NCBI GenBank assembly: GCA_964391975.1
Contig: CAYMNZ010000001.1
Span: 132,465-196,464 of the forward strand
From: an uncultured Candidatus Saccharibacteria bacterium
Lineage (GTDB): Bacteria > Patescibacteriota > Minisyncoccia > Phycocordibacterales > Phycocordibacteraceae
Direction of reading: 5' to 3'
Length of the DNA: 64,000 nucleotides
Below are positions 10,206 to 18,648 of the stretch, piece after piece (position 1 is the stretch's first letter; each line of letters starts with the position of its first letter). The translations under genes and the position numbers were made by a program. The notes beneath the pieces were generated by a model, which saw nothing but the letters and a program-made list of their open reading frames with translations, did no database searches and was not told where the DNA came from.

Positions 10206-10745
10206 ATGAACATACTCGCTTTGTCAGGAAGTTTGAGAAAAGAATCGTTTAATAGCGCGTTGCTACGGGAGTTCGTGAAGCAAGCGCCGGAGGGAGTTAC
10301 CATCGACGTCGCCGACATAGGTGCTCTTCCGCTCTATAACCAAGATCGGGAGGCGAACTTCCCGGCGGAGGCTGCGGCGTTGAAGTCAAAGATAAAGGCG
10401 GCAGACGGTATCCTTATCTCAACGCCCGAGTACAACCGCTCAATACCGGGGGTACTCAAAAACGCAGTGGACTGGACCAGCCGTCCGTACGGGGACAGTG
10501 CGTGGGACGGGAAGCCCGTGTATATCGTCGGAGCTACTGGTGGGCAAATTGGAACGGCGGTAGGGCAGTACGCACTCAAACAATCAATGCTGTATCTCAA
10601 CACTCGCGTGCTGGGGCAGCCCGAGTTCTATCTTTCGTTTGCGACCGATAAGTTCGACGAGAAGGGGAATCTCACCGACGCTTCGACTGTAGAGCATGTC
10701 GAAAAGGCGCTTGCCGCTTTCATCGGGTTTATTGGCGAGCGTTAA
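10206..10745 (+). CDS. NAD(P)H-dependent FMN reductase-like flavoprotein
   Basis: MNILALSGSLR...NRSIPGVLKNAVDW flavodoxin-like reductase motifs; start moved to the internal ATG to avoid overlap with dsbA-like gene. Confidence 0.7.
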   Translation: MNILALSGSLRKESFNSALLREFVKQAPEGVTIDVADIGALPLYNQDREANFPAEAAALKSKIKAADGILISTPEYNRSIPGVLKNAVDWTSRPYGDSAWDGKPVYIVGATGGQIGTAVGQYALKQSMLYLNTRVLGQPEFYLSFATDKFDEKGNLTDASTVEHVEKALAAFIGFIGER

Positions 10746-11355
10746 GTTCTTTCTTTGCGTTCCAGACTTCGCGGGCGCTCACGAGTACGCTTATAAGTAC
10801 GATGACGCCGAGAATTGGGAGAAGATACTTATCAATGTCCGGGATGAGCGTGCCGAGGTAGTACCCCAGAAGGGTGACGGATATTCCCCAGAGCAATGCG
10901 CCGATGACGTTGAAGCGCAAGAAGGCGTTGTAGGGCATACGTCCCATGCCAGCAGCAATAGGCACCAGCGTGCGCAGCAGAGGAAGGAAGCGAGCCAGAA
11001 TAAGTGCAAGCCCTCCGTATTTGGTATAGAAACGCTCAGCGCGCTCAAGGTGCCGCTTGTTCATAAAGAGCGCGTCGTCTTTGGTGAAGAGCTTGGGGCC
11101 ATAGTGCGAGCCGAACCAATACCCAGCGCTGTCGCCCAAAATTGCTGCAACGACGATGGTGATGATAAGTGGTACCAGGTCGAAGGCATTACTTGCGGCA
11201 AGGAGTCCGGCAGAGAAGAGAAGGGTATCGCCCGGAAGCGGCAGCACCATACCAATGGGTACACCCGACTCCACAAACACTATGAGGAACACGCCTACGT
11301 ATCCCACCCCCTCGATGAGTTCGGGGAGGGTGGCGTTGAGGAAGGGAATATCCAT
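10729..11355 (-). CDS. DedA/SNARE-associated family membrane protein
   Basis: GVFLIVFVESGVPIGMVLPLPGDTLLF DedA signature; ~200 aa. Confidence 0.8.
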   Translation of the reverse strand: MDIPFLNATLPELIEGVGYVGVFLIVFVESGVPIGMVLPLPGDTLLFSAGLLAASNAFDLVPLIITIVVAAILGDSAGYWFGSHYGPKLFTKDDALFMNKRHLERAERFYTKYGGLALILARFLPLLRTLVPIAAGMGRMPYNAFLRFNVIGALLWGISVTLLGYYLGTLIPDIDKYLLPILGVIVLISVLVSAREVWNAKKELNARQ

Positions 11356-11377
11356 CGCGCTAGTATACTATTTCCTT

Positions 11378-11800
11378 ATGGAAGAAAGGGAATTTGAAGC
11401 ACTTGCGCTCTCTGAATGGGAAGGCATGCCGGAACGTTTTAAGGAGCGGGTAACGAATGTTGCCCTCTTGGTTGAAGACGAGCCGAGCGAGCAGATACGA
11501 AAGGAAGAGGGACTTCAGAAAGGAGAGACGCTTCTTGGGGTCTATCACGGCGTTCCTGCGACCGCGCGCGGAAGCGATTATGGTGTTGGAGGCACGCTTC
11601 CGGACACCATCACGCTCTTCCGCCTCCCGATACTGGCAGAGGCTTCCGAGCTTACGGATACCGAGACCAGTCAGTTTCGCGAAAATGTGAAGCGAGTGGT
11701 GCGGGAGACTATTTGGCACGAGGTGGGCCATTACTTCGGACTTGAGGAAGAGCCTATTAATGAGCGCGAGGGGGAAGGGACGAATAGGTTCGAATCCTAG
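11378..11800 (+). CDS. Small zinc metallopeptidase-like protein (HExxH)
   Basis: TIWHEVGHYFGL HExxH motif; start at MEEREF chosen to avoid the DedA overlap. Confidence 0.55.
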   Translation: MEEREFEALALSEWEGMPERFKERVTNVALLVEDEPSEQIRKEEGLQKGETLLGVYHGVPATARGSDYGVGGTLPDTITLFRLPILAEASELTDTETSQFRENVKRVVRETIWHEVGHYFGLEEEPINEREGEGTNRFES

Positions 11801-11828
11801 TCTGTCAGCACGTTGTAAGATATAGCCA

Positions 11829-12680
11829 ATGAGCTTCTGGCTAATTCTCACGCTCCTTAGCGTCCTTGTGGCTTCAGTTGCCACAATCCTTCAGAAGGTT
11901 CTGATGAGTGGGGAGAGAAGTGATCCGTATTCATATGCGGTCGTTTTCCACTTACTTATGGGGTTTGTGGCGCTTACGTTCGGCTTGGTGAGCGGAACTG
12001 ATTTTTCTCTATTCCAAGGAAATATCTGGATGCTTCTGCTTGCCGCTGCGCTATGGGGAACGTGTCAGGTTTTTCTCTTCAAGGCACTACAGCTGGCGGA
12101 AGCATCAGAGGTAACTATCGTCTCAGGAGTACGAGTAATAGTGACAATCCTTGCTTCCGTTATTTTCCTTAACGAGGTCTTTACCGGATGGAATGTAGTT
12201 GGGACGGTCCTCATTCTTGTTTCAACGGTACTCATAGCCAACAGGAAGAAAGGCTTTACGTTCGACAAGGGGCTCTTCTATACGCTTGCGATGGCGTTCT
12301 TCGGGGGACTCGCCATAGTCGCTGACTCTGCAAACGTGCAGCAGTATGAGGTGCTTGCCTACAGTACGTTTTCTAACGTACTGGCCGGACTGTTCATACT
12401 CGCCGTATATCCGAAGACGTTTACGCAATGGAAAACGTTCGTAAATCCAAGTTTCTTGCTAAAGATGCTGCCTGTTGCAGTCTTTAGCGTCACTCAGGGC
12501 ATGTTGTATCTTTTTGCGTTCACGTACGGAGAACATACCGCTGAGATAGGGACCATACGGCAGGCGTCAGTCATTGTGACGGTCTTGCTTGCTGTTCTCT
12601 TCCTTGGAGAGCGGGATAACCTTTGGAAGAAGTGTATTGCTGCGATTTTAGTGACCGTAGGAGTATTTTTCTTAAGCTAG
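11829..12680 (+). CDS. DMT/EamA family transporter
   Basis: 10 TM helices with two EamA-like repeats. Confidence 0.7.
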   Translation: MSFWLILTLLSVLVASVATILQKVLMSGERSDPYSYAVVFHLLMGFVALTFGLVSGTDFSLFQGNIWMLLLAAALWGTCQVFLFKALQLAEASEVTIVSGVRVIVTILASVIFLNEVFTGWNVVGTVLILVSTVLIANRKKGFTFDKGLFYTLAMAFFGGLAIVADSANVQQYEVLAYSTFSNVLAGLFILAVYPKTFTQWKTFVNPSFLLKMLPVAVFSVTQGMLYLFAFTYGEHTAEIGTIRQASVIVTVLLAVLFLGERDNLWKKCIAAILVTVGVFFLS

Positions 12681-12703
12681 GTTCCAACATCGTCCAGACA
12701 GCC

Positions 12704-13270
12704 ATGTACTTCGTCTACCTCCTAGAGTGCGACGACACGAGTATCTATACCGGCATTACCACCGACGTCGACCGCCGCTTTGACGAGCACAAGTCAGGTA
12801 AGGGCGGCCACTTCACTCGTTCGAGGAAGGTAAGGAAAGTTCTCTACAGCGAACCACAGCCTGACCGGAGCAAGGCGCTTAAGCGAGAAGCGGAGATTAA
12901 GGGATGGACGCGCGCCAAGAAACTAGCGCTCGTAAAAGGCTATACTGTCCCCATGGAACCCAAGAAGCCGGTAACCGAGGAGGAAGGAGACTACGAGCAC
13001 TACCACCAGGACGGCACGCTCTGGGCCAAGGGCAAGATTCTTGCAGGGAAGATGGAAGGACCGTGGGTGTGGTTTAGGAAGGACGGCAGCAAGATGCGCG
13101 CAGGTACGTTCAAGGCCGGGACCCAGAAAGGAATGTGGACTACCTACGACCGGAAGGGGAAGGTGGTGAAGGTAACTGACTTTGGCCAGGTGTGCACACG
13201 AGGACATCGATATAAGGGCACGGGCGCTTGCCCAGTTTGTTGGAAAGGTTCACGTAAGAAAAAAGCATAA
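12704..13270 (+). CDS. GIY-YIG nuclease domain fused to MORN-like repeats and a C-terminal zinc ribbon
   Basis: YFVYLLECDDTSIYTGITTDVDRRFDEHKSG (GIY-YIG, YhbQ-like); MORN-like G-x-W repeats; CTRGHRYKGTGACPVC. Confidence 0.6.
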   Translation: MYFVYLLECDDTSIYTGITTDVDRRFDEHKSGKGGHFTRSRKVRKVLYSEPQPDRSKALKREAEIKGWTRAKKLALVKGYTVPMEPKKPVTEEEGDYEHYHQDGTLWAKGKILAGKMEGPWVWFRKDGSKMRAGTFKAGTQKGMWTTYDRKGKVVKVTDFGQVCTRGHRYKGTGACPVCWKGSRKKKA

Positions 13271-13272
13271 CT

Positions 13273-13743
13273 ATGACTGAACAAGCACTATTTGCAGCGG
13301 GGTGTTTTTGGGGCGTGGAAGCCGCGTTCCTTGCGGTTCCGGGTGTCACTGACGCTGAGAGTGGCTACATTGGCGGACACACCGAGAACCCAACGTATGA
13401 ACAGGTGTGCACCGACACGACGGGGCACGCAGAGGCAGTGCGGGTCACCTTTGACCCTTCGAAGGTCACGTACGAAACCTTAGTGCGCAAGTTCTTCGAG
13501 CTCCATGACCCAACCCAACTGAACCGTCAGGGGCCAGACACAGGAACGCAATACCGCACTGGACTCTTCTACCTCACTGAGGAGCAGAAGGAAGTTGCAG
13601 AGAAGGTAAAGAAGGATTTGCAGCCCTCATTCCATCCAAAGACGATTGCAACAGAAATTACTGCAGCCACTCCGTTCTATCGCGCAGAAGAATACCACCA
13701 GCGGTATTTTGAGAAGCACCCGAACGCGGTCTGTCACCTCTAG
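13273..13743 (+). CDS. msrA: Peptide-methionine (S)-S-oxide reductase MsrA
   Basis: AGCFWGVEAAF active site; 156 aa. Confidence 0.9.
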   Translation: MTEQALFAAGCFWGVEAAFLAVPGVTDAESGYIGGHTENPTYEQVCTDTTGHAEAVRVTFDPSKVTYETLVRKFFELHDPTQLNRQGPDTGTQYRTGLFYLTEEQKEVAEKVKKDLQPSFHPKTIATEITAATPFYRAEEYHQRYFEKHPNAVCHL

Positions 13744-14138
13744 CCTTCCTTCTTCTCAAACGCAAGACACACGGAGTTGATGCAGTAACGCTTGCCACCC
13801 TTCTCGGTCGGTCCGTCATTAAAGACGTGGCCTAAATGCCCGCCACACTTCTTACAGAAGACTTCGGTGCGGTGCATGCCGTAGGTATCGTCAGGGCGTG
13901 TGCCGACATTCTCCGCAACGGCAGGGTCAGTGAAGGAGGGCCAACCAGTTCCTGAATCAAACTTCGCGTCCGACGAGAAGAGGGCAGTGCCGCATGCTTT
14001 GCATTTGTACATGCCGCTCTCGTGGTGGTCGACAAACTTTCCAGAGAAGGGAGCTTCGGTCTCCTGCTCGCGGAGCACCCGGTATTCCTCATCAGTGAGC
14101 TTTGCCTTCCACTGGTCGTTATCCGTGGTGGGTTCCAT
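13740..14138 (-). CDS. msrB: Peptide-methionine (R)-S-oxide reductase MsrB
   Basis: Two CxxC zinc pairs (CKACG, CKKCGGHLGHVF); SelR domain; convergent with msrA. Confidence 0.9.
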   Translation of the reverse strand: MEPTTDNDQWKAKLTDEEYRVLREQETEAPFSGKFVDHHESGMYKCKACGTALFSSDAKFDSGTGWPSFTDPAVAENVGTRPDDTYGMHRTEVFCKKCGGHLGHVFNDGPTEKGGKRYCINSVCLAFEKKEG

Positions 14139-14164
14139 ATCGAATAGTGTACTATGGCTCTACT

Positions 14165-14614
14165 ATGAACCGCACCACCGCTCTCTGGATACTCATTGTG
14201 ATTGCTGTTATTGGCCTTGCTGACGCGACGTATTTGTCGATGAACGCGCTCAACTCCACTCCGCTAGTCTGCGATATCCAGGGACTCGACGACTGTAATG
14301 CGGTAGCAGAGAGCCCCTACTCCCGCGTTATAGGCATTCCACTTGCCGTGTACGGTCTCGGCTTTTACGCCCTCGCCATTGTTCTTATCGGCTACCTTTT
14401 CGCGCGTCCGTCTCGTCTTGCCGCAAAGCTCTTGTTGCTCGTGACGGCGCTTGGTGTTCTCGCCTCTATCTACTTCCTTTACCTCCAGGTCTACGTCATT
14501 GAGGCCGTCTGCATCTACTGCCTAGGCTCTGCACTGGCCTCATTCCTCCTATGTGGCCTCTCTATTGCCGTCTGGAAGCGCCTCGTGCCACAGCCGCCAG
14601 CCGTGATACCATAA
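14165..14614 (+). CDS. Vitamin K epoxide reductase (VKOR) family protein
   Basis: 4-TM protein with loop cysteines CDIQGLDDC and TM CIYC (CxxC) typical of bacterial VKOR. Confidence 0.75.
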   Translation: MNRTTALWILIVIAVIGLADATYLSMNALNSTPLVCDIQGLDDCNAVAESPYSRVIGIPLAVYGLGFYALAIVLIGYLFARPSRLAAKLLLLVTALGVLASIYFLYLQVYVIEAVCIYCLGSALASFLLCGLSIAVWKRLVPQPPAVIP

Positions 14615-14618
14615 TTCA

Positions 14619-15770
14619 ATGATTACGAGGTCGGCCCTCATCGGTCTCATTCTTCTCTTCTCGCTTGTAGGCTATGGGGTAGCCTCCGCAGCTGAGGAGC
14701 CACTCCTTGTCTCCGATACCCCTTCAGACAACGCGTACCTCTTTGGTTCTGACGTTCGTGTCGCAACCAGTGTACCTAAGGATGTTGCTGCGCTCGCGGG
14801 CACCCTCGTCATTGCCGCACCAGTAGGAGGAGATGGTCTTTTTGGAGGAGGGAACATTGATGTTCGTGAAGCAATCGGTGGCGACCTTCGCGCGATAGGA
14901 GGGCGTCTTTTCATAGAGAAAGATGTTGCAGGCGACCTTATCGCAGCAGCAGGTTCAATCACCGTTTCGGGAAAGGCCACGGACGTGCGCCTTGCAGGAG
15001 GTAACGTCACGCTCACCGGTGGAGCAGGGGGTTCGGTCATCATTTACGGAGCCAACGTTACGCTCTCAGGCGAATACGCAGAAGATGTAACGGTCGTTGC
15101 TTCAGACCGCTTTGCACTCGGAGAAGGCGCGATTATTCACGGTGTCCTTAAATACAACGCTCCCCAGGAGGCGGCCATTCCAGCCTCAGCCACCATTGAT
15201 GGGGGCGTCACCTACACTGGTTCCTCGTCCTTCCTGCCGACCACTGAGGAGGCAGAGACCTTCGCACTTGCAGGCCTTGGCGTCTTCTTCTTGGTGCGAC
15301 TGGTGTCTGCTGCCGTTGCTGCCGGACTCATCGCTGGTCTCTTCCCAGCCTTCACACAGCGCATCGTTGACCGCACGCTCACGAAGTCGGCTGGACGCTT
15401 CGCGCTCCTCGCGCTCATTGGCTTTGCCGTCATGATTGCAACTCCCGTGCTGGTATTCGTCCTCATGATTTCGTTTGCAGGAATTGGCATTGGGCTTGTG
15501 GTGGGCGCTGCCTATGTACTCCTCATGCTTCTTGCCTACCTCTACGCGGGCGTTCTTGCCGGAAGCGCGATTATGACGGGCATCTTCAAGCGCGCACGCG
15601 TCACCTGGAAGCATGCAGTTCTTGGCATGCTCGTATTGAGGCTTGTGGGTATCATCCCAGGTATTGGGTTCCTGCTATCGGTCGTTCTTACTGCAGCTGC
15701 GCTCGGCGCCCTTGTCATCACCTGCTACAAGTTTGCATTCGCACGCGGCGTCGACCCGCTTTCTGAATAA
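14619..15770 (+). CDS. Bactofilin-like beta-helical repeat domain fused to a C-terminal polytopic membrane domain
   Basis: Signal/TM; ~170 aa of G-x-V/I-x-G repeats (GGDLRAIGGRLFIEKDVAGDLIAAAGSITVSGKATDVRLAGGNVTLTGG) resembling DUF583 bactofilin; then ~5 TM helices. Confidence 0.5.
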   Translation: MITRSALIGLILLFSLVGYGVASAAEEPLLVSDTPSDNAYLFGSDVRVATSVPKDVAALAGTLVIAAPVGGDGLFGGGNIDVREAIGGDLRAIGGRLFIEKDVAGDLIAAAGSITVSGKATDVRLAGGNVTLTGGAGGSVIIYGANVTLSGEYAEDVTVVASDRFALGEGAIIHGVLKYNAPQEAAIPASATIDGGVTYTGSSSFLPTTEEAETFALAGLGVFFLVRLVSAAVAAGLIAGLFPAFTQRIVDRTLTKSAGRFALLALIGFAVMIATPVLVFVLMISFAGIGIGLVVGAAYVLLMLLAYLYAGVLAGSAIMTGIFKRARVTWKHAVLGMLVLRLVGIIPGIGFLLSVVLTAAALGALVITCYKFAFARGVDPLSE

Positions 15771-16435
15771 TGCCTTCCAGTAGCAAGGAGCGCCGAGCGC
15801 GTGCGGCCCTGATTCTCCGCTACCTCAAGAAGGCGTATCCGAGTCCGGAAACGGAGCTCAATTTCTCTACGCCGTACCAGTTGGTTGCCTCAGTGATGCT
15901 CTCCGCCCAGACCACCGACAAACAGGTGAATAAGGTTACTGAGACTCTCTGGAAGAAGTACAAGACAGTCGCAGACTTCGCAAACGCAAAGTACGCAACC
16001 TTCGACAAGGAGATTTCCTCGGTCTCTTTCCATCGCCATAAGGCGAAGGCGATTATCGCCGCCGCAAAGCTCATACTGAAGATGCACAAAGGAAAGGTGC
16101 CAAAGACCGAAGCGGAGCTCGTTGCGCTCCCGGGTATTGGCTACAAGACTGCACACGTCATCCTCGGCGAGCTGCATGATATTTGGGAGGGAATACCCAC
16201 CGATACCCACGTCAGACGTTTTGCGCTCCGCTTCGACCTTACTGACAAAACGGACCTCACCAAGATTTCCAAAGACCTTGAGGAACTGGTCCCCAAGAAA
16301 GACTGGAAGTATGTGAACAATGGGTTCGTGCTCTATGGCCGATATATCTGCCCAGCACGCCCGCACCCTTGTGAGGACCATCCATTAACCAAGCTGTGGC
16401 CGCCGGCTGCTAAACGATGGCCCAAGGCGAAATGA
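15770..16435 (+). CDS. nth: Endonuclease III (Nth)-like HhH-GPD DNA glycosylase/lyase
   Basis: LPGIGYKTAHVIL helix-hairpin-helix, QTTDKQVN; C-terminus has only two Cys, so no full 4Fe-4S motif. Confidence 0.8.
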   Translation: MPSSSKERRARAALILRYLKKAYPSPETELNFSTPYQLVASVMLSAQTTDKQVNKVTETLWKKYKTVADFANAKYATFDKEISSVSFHRHKAKAIIAAAKLILKMHKGKVPKTEAELVALPGIGYKTAHVILGELHDIWEGIPTDTHVRRFALRFDLTDKTDLTKISKDLEELVPKKDWKYVNNGFVLYGRYICPARPHPCEDHPLTKLWPPAAKRWPKAK

Positions 16436-16447
16436 TAGGATAAGGCC

Positions 16448-17137
16448 ATGGATAAGCGTCCCGTAGCGGTATTTGATATCGATGGCACCATCTTCCGTGC
16501 CTCCTTGTTCCTCGAGCTCGTGGAGCGATTGATTGAGGAAGGCATCTTTCCTTCAGACTGCCGTGCGGACTATCAGGCCGAGCACGAGAAGTGGCTCAAC
16601 CGCGAAGGCGATTACGAAGCGTACCTCGAGAAGGTCATCAAGGTGTTCCAGGGCCACATCAAAGGCGCGCCGTACGACCGCGTGGAGCAGATTGCAACGG
16701 ATATCATCGAGCACAAGAAGAACCGCGTCTATCGCTACACTCGCGACCTCGTGAAGAAGCTAAAGAGCGAAGGCTACTTTCTGCTCGCTATCTCGCATTC
16801 GCCTCGCTTCATGGTCGACGCGTTTGGCTTCGAGCTTGGGTTCGACAAGGTCTACGGTTTCTTCTACGAGACAGGACCGTCAGGCGCACTGACCGGGAAT
16901 GTCGAGGACCTCGATCTCATTCGCAACAAGGCGGCGGTGCTCCAGCGCGCAGTACGGAAAGAGAACCTCGCGCTTGAAGGTTCCATTGGCATCGGTGACA
17001 CTGAAAGCGACATTCCAATGCTTGAGATGGTAGAGACCGCAATTGCGTTTAATCCCAACCGCAAGCTCTACGAGCACGCGAAGAAGCGTAACTGGAAGGT
17101 AGTCGTTGAGCGCAAGGATGTCATCTACGAGCTCTAA
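16448..17137 (+). CDS. HAD-IB family hydrolase (phosphoserine-phosphatase-like)
   Basis: DIDGTIF motif I; GIGDTESDIPM motif III. Confidence 0.7.
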   Translation: MDKRPVAVFDIDGTIFRASLFLELVERLIEEGIFPSDCRADYQAEHEKWLNREGDYEAYLEKVIKVFQGHIKGAPYDRVEQIATDIIEHKKNRVYRYTRDLVKKLKSEGYFLLAISHSPRFMVDAFGFELGFDKVYGFFYETGPSGALTGNVEDLDLIRNKAAVLQRAVRKENLALEGSIGIGDTESDIPMLEMVETAIAFNPNRKLYEHAKKRNWKVVVERKDVIYEL

Positions 17138-17927
17138 GATTGCCGCGTTCCGGAAGACGGTCTGGGACCACTATAAGAAACAGGGAAGACACGAACTCCC
17201 TTGGAGGAAAACCAAGGACCCCTATCGCATCCTCGTCTCCGAAGTGATGCTTCAGCAGACACAGGTGGAGCGCGTCATTCCGTATTACAAGGATTGGTTG
17301 CGTAAGTTCCCAACTGCAAAAGCTTTGGCAAAAGCATCACTGGCTGATGTGCTTCGCGCGTGGCAGGGACTCGGGTACAACCGCAGGGCGAAGAACCTGC
17401 AGGCGGCGGCAAGGGAAGTGGCGAAGCAGGGGAAGTTCCCTGAGGATCTAGAGTCACTTCCGGGCGTTGGTCCCTACACTGCTCGGGCGGTTAAGGCCTT
17501 CGCACATAATGAAGATGTTGTATTCATTGAAACCAACATTCGCACGGTCGTCACGCATCATTTCTTCTCGAACAAAGAGAAAGTAGAGGACAAGGAGATC
17601 CTACCTATACTCGAGAAAGCACTTCCGAAAGGTAAGAGCAGGGAATGGTACGGCGCCCTTATGGACTACGGTAGCTTCCTCAAGCGCTCGGGAGTGCGCA
17701 TCAACTCCAAAGCCAAGGCGTATAAGAAACAGGAAGCGTTCGAAGGCTCACGGAGGCAGGCGCGTGGCGCAATCCTGAAGGCGCTGGCGAAAGGACCCAG
17801 AACAGCATCGTTTCTTATCGAGATTATGGGACCGAAGCGCAGAGCACAGATGCGGGCACAGTTAGCTTCACTTACCAAGGAAGGGTTTATCGAGCTATCG
17901 AGACGGAGCTTTCGTCTGCTGCGCTAA
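17106..17927 (+). CDS. MutY-like HhH-GPD DNA glycosylase, Fe-S-less variant
   Basis: VSEVMLQQTQV, LPGVGPYTARAV HhH-GPD motifs of A/G-specific adenine glycosylase; lacks Cys cluster; exact start uncertain (overlaps HAD gene end). Confidence 0.65.
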   Translation: MSARMSSTSSKIAAFRKTVWDHYKKQGRHELPWRKTKDPYRILVSEVMLQQTQVERVIPYYKDWLRKFPTAKALAKASLADVLRAWQGLGYNRRAKNLQAAAREVAKQGKFPEDLESLPGVGPYTARAVKAFAHNEDVVFIETNIRTVVTHHFFSNKEKVEDKEILPILEKALPKGKSREWYGALMDYGSFLKRSGVRINSKAKAYKKQEAFEGSRRQARGAILKALAKGPRTASFLIEIMGPKRRAQMRAQLASLTKEGFIELSRRSFRLLR

Positions 17928-18602
17928 GGCAGATTCGACGACTCTTTGCATGACAATCCGTACCGGCATTGCCTTCGGATGGCCCTCAGGAGTACGTTCG
18001 AAAATAGACAGAGGACGGTAGCCACTGGTGTTGTCGTAATCGACGTAATATTTATCGGTTACGCCAACGTTGGCCATGATGTCTTCGTAGAGTTCTCGGC
18101 TTTCATCAGTAGGTTCGTACCCAAGCTTGTCGAGCCACTTCAGTACGTCGTACTGATCAAACTCGGCTGAAATAGTCATTGGCTGTCTTTGACGTTCTAC
18201 GAGCTGACGTGCAAAATCCTCGGTTTGGAGATAGAGCGCAGTTCCTGTGCCTTGGCCGTGTTCAATCTTCACCTCCCGATGGGAGAGAACGGCATCGTGG
18301 GCGTCGATAATGGTGAGGGTCATGGATGCGACATACTCCTCCTTTGCGCCTGGAAGATCAGCGATGTAATGGAACCATACGAGCCTTCCTGCGCCGACCC
18401 GTTCATGAATTACCAGAAGACGTGCAGGACCCTCTATACCCGGCACCTTCTCCGTCCGTTCATAATAGGTCTCACCCGAGGAATCTAGGAGAAGCCTCTC
18501 AAGGTCTTTTAAAGGAATGGGGGTTACGGTACGGGGGCCCTCGGGAGAGGAAATAGCGTCTTCTCGGTTCAGTGTCTCAGACATTAGTCCCACTATATAC
18601 AA
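17895..18602 (-). CDS. Hypothetical protein (weak GNAT-like Q-x-x-G-x-G motif)
   Basis: 235-aa ORF; HGQGTGTALY segment; no confident family. Confidence 0.4.
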   Translation of the reverse strand: MYIVGLMSETLNREDAISSPEGPRTVTPIPLKDLERLLLDSSGETYYERTEKVPGIEGPARLLVIHERVGAGRLVWFHYIADLPGAKEEYVASMTLTIIDAHDAVLSHREVKIEHGQGTGTALYLQTEDFARQLVERQRQPMTISAEFDQYDVLKWLDKLGYEPTDESRELYEDIMANVGVTDKYYVDYDNTSGYRPLSIFERTPEGHPKAMPVRIVMQRVVESALAQQTKAPSR

Positions 18603-18648
18603 AAACTGCTGCCCGTAAAATCGTCAAAAGCATTGCTATACTTTTCTC

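Noticed and set aside
10696-11397. 233-aa plus-strand ORF
   Set aside because: It is antisense to the DedA gene, whose protein has a clear family signature. It shows no motifs.
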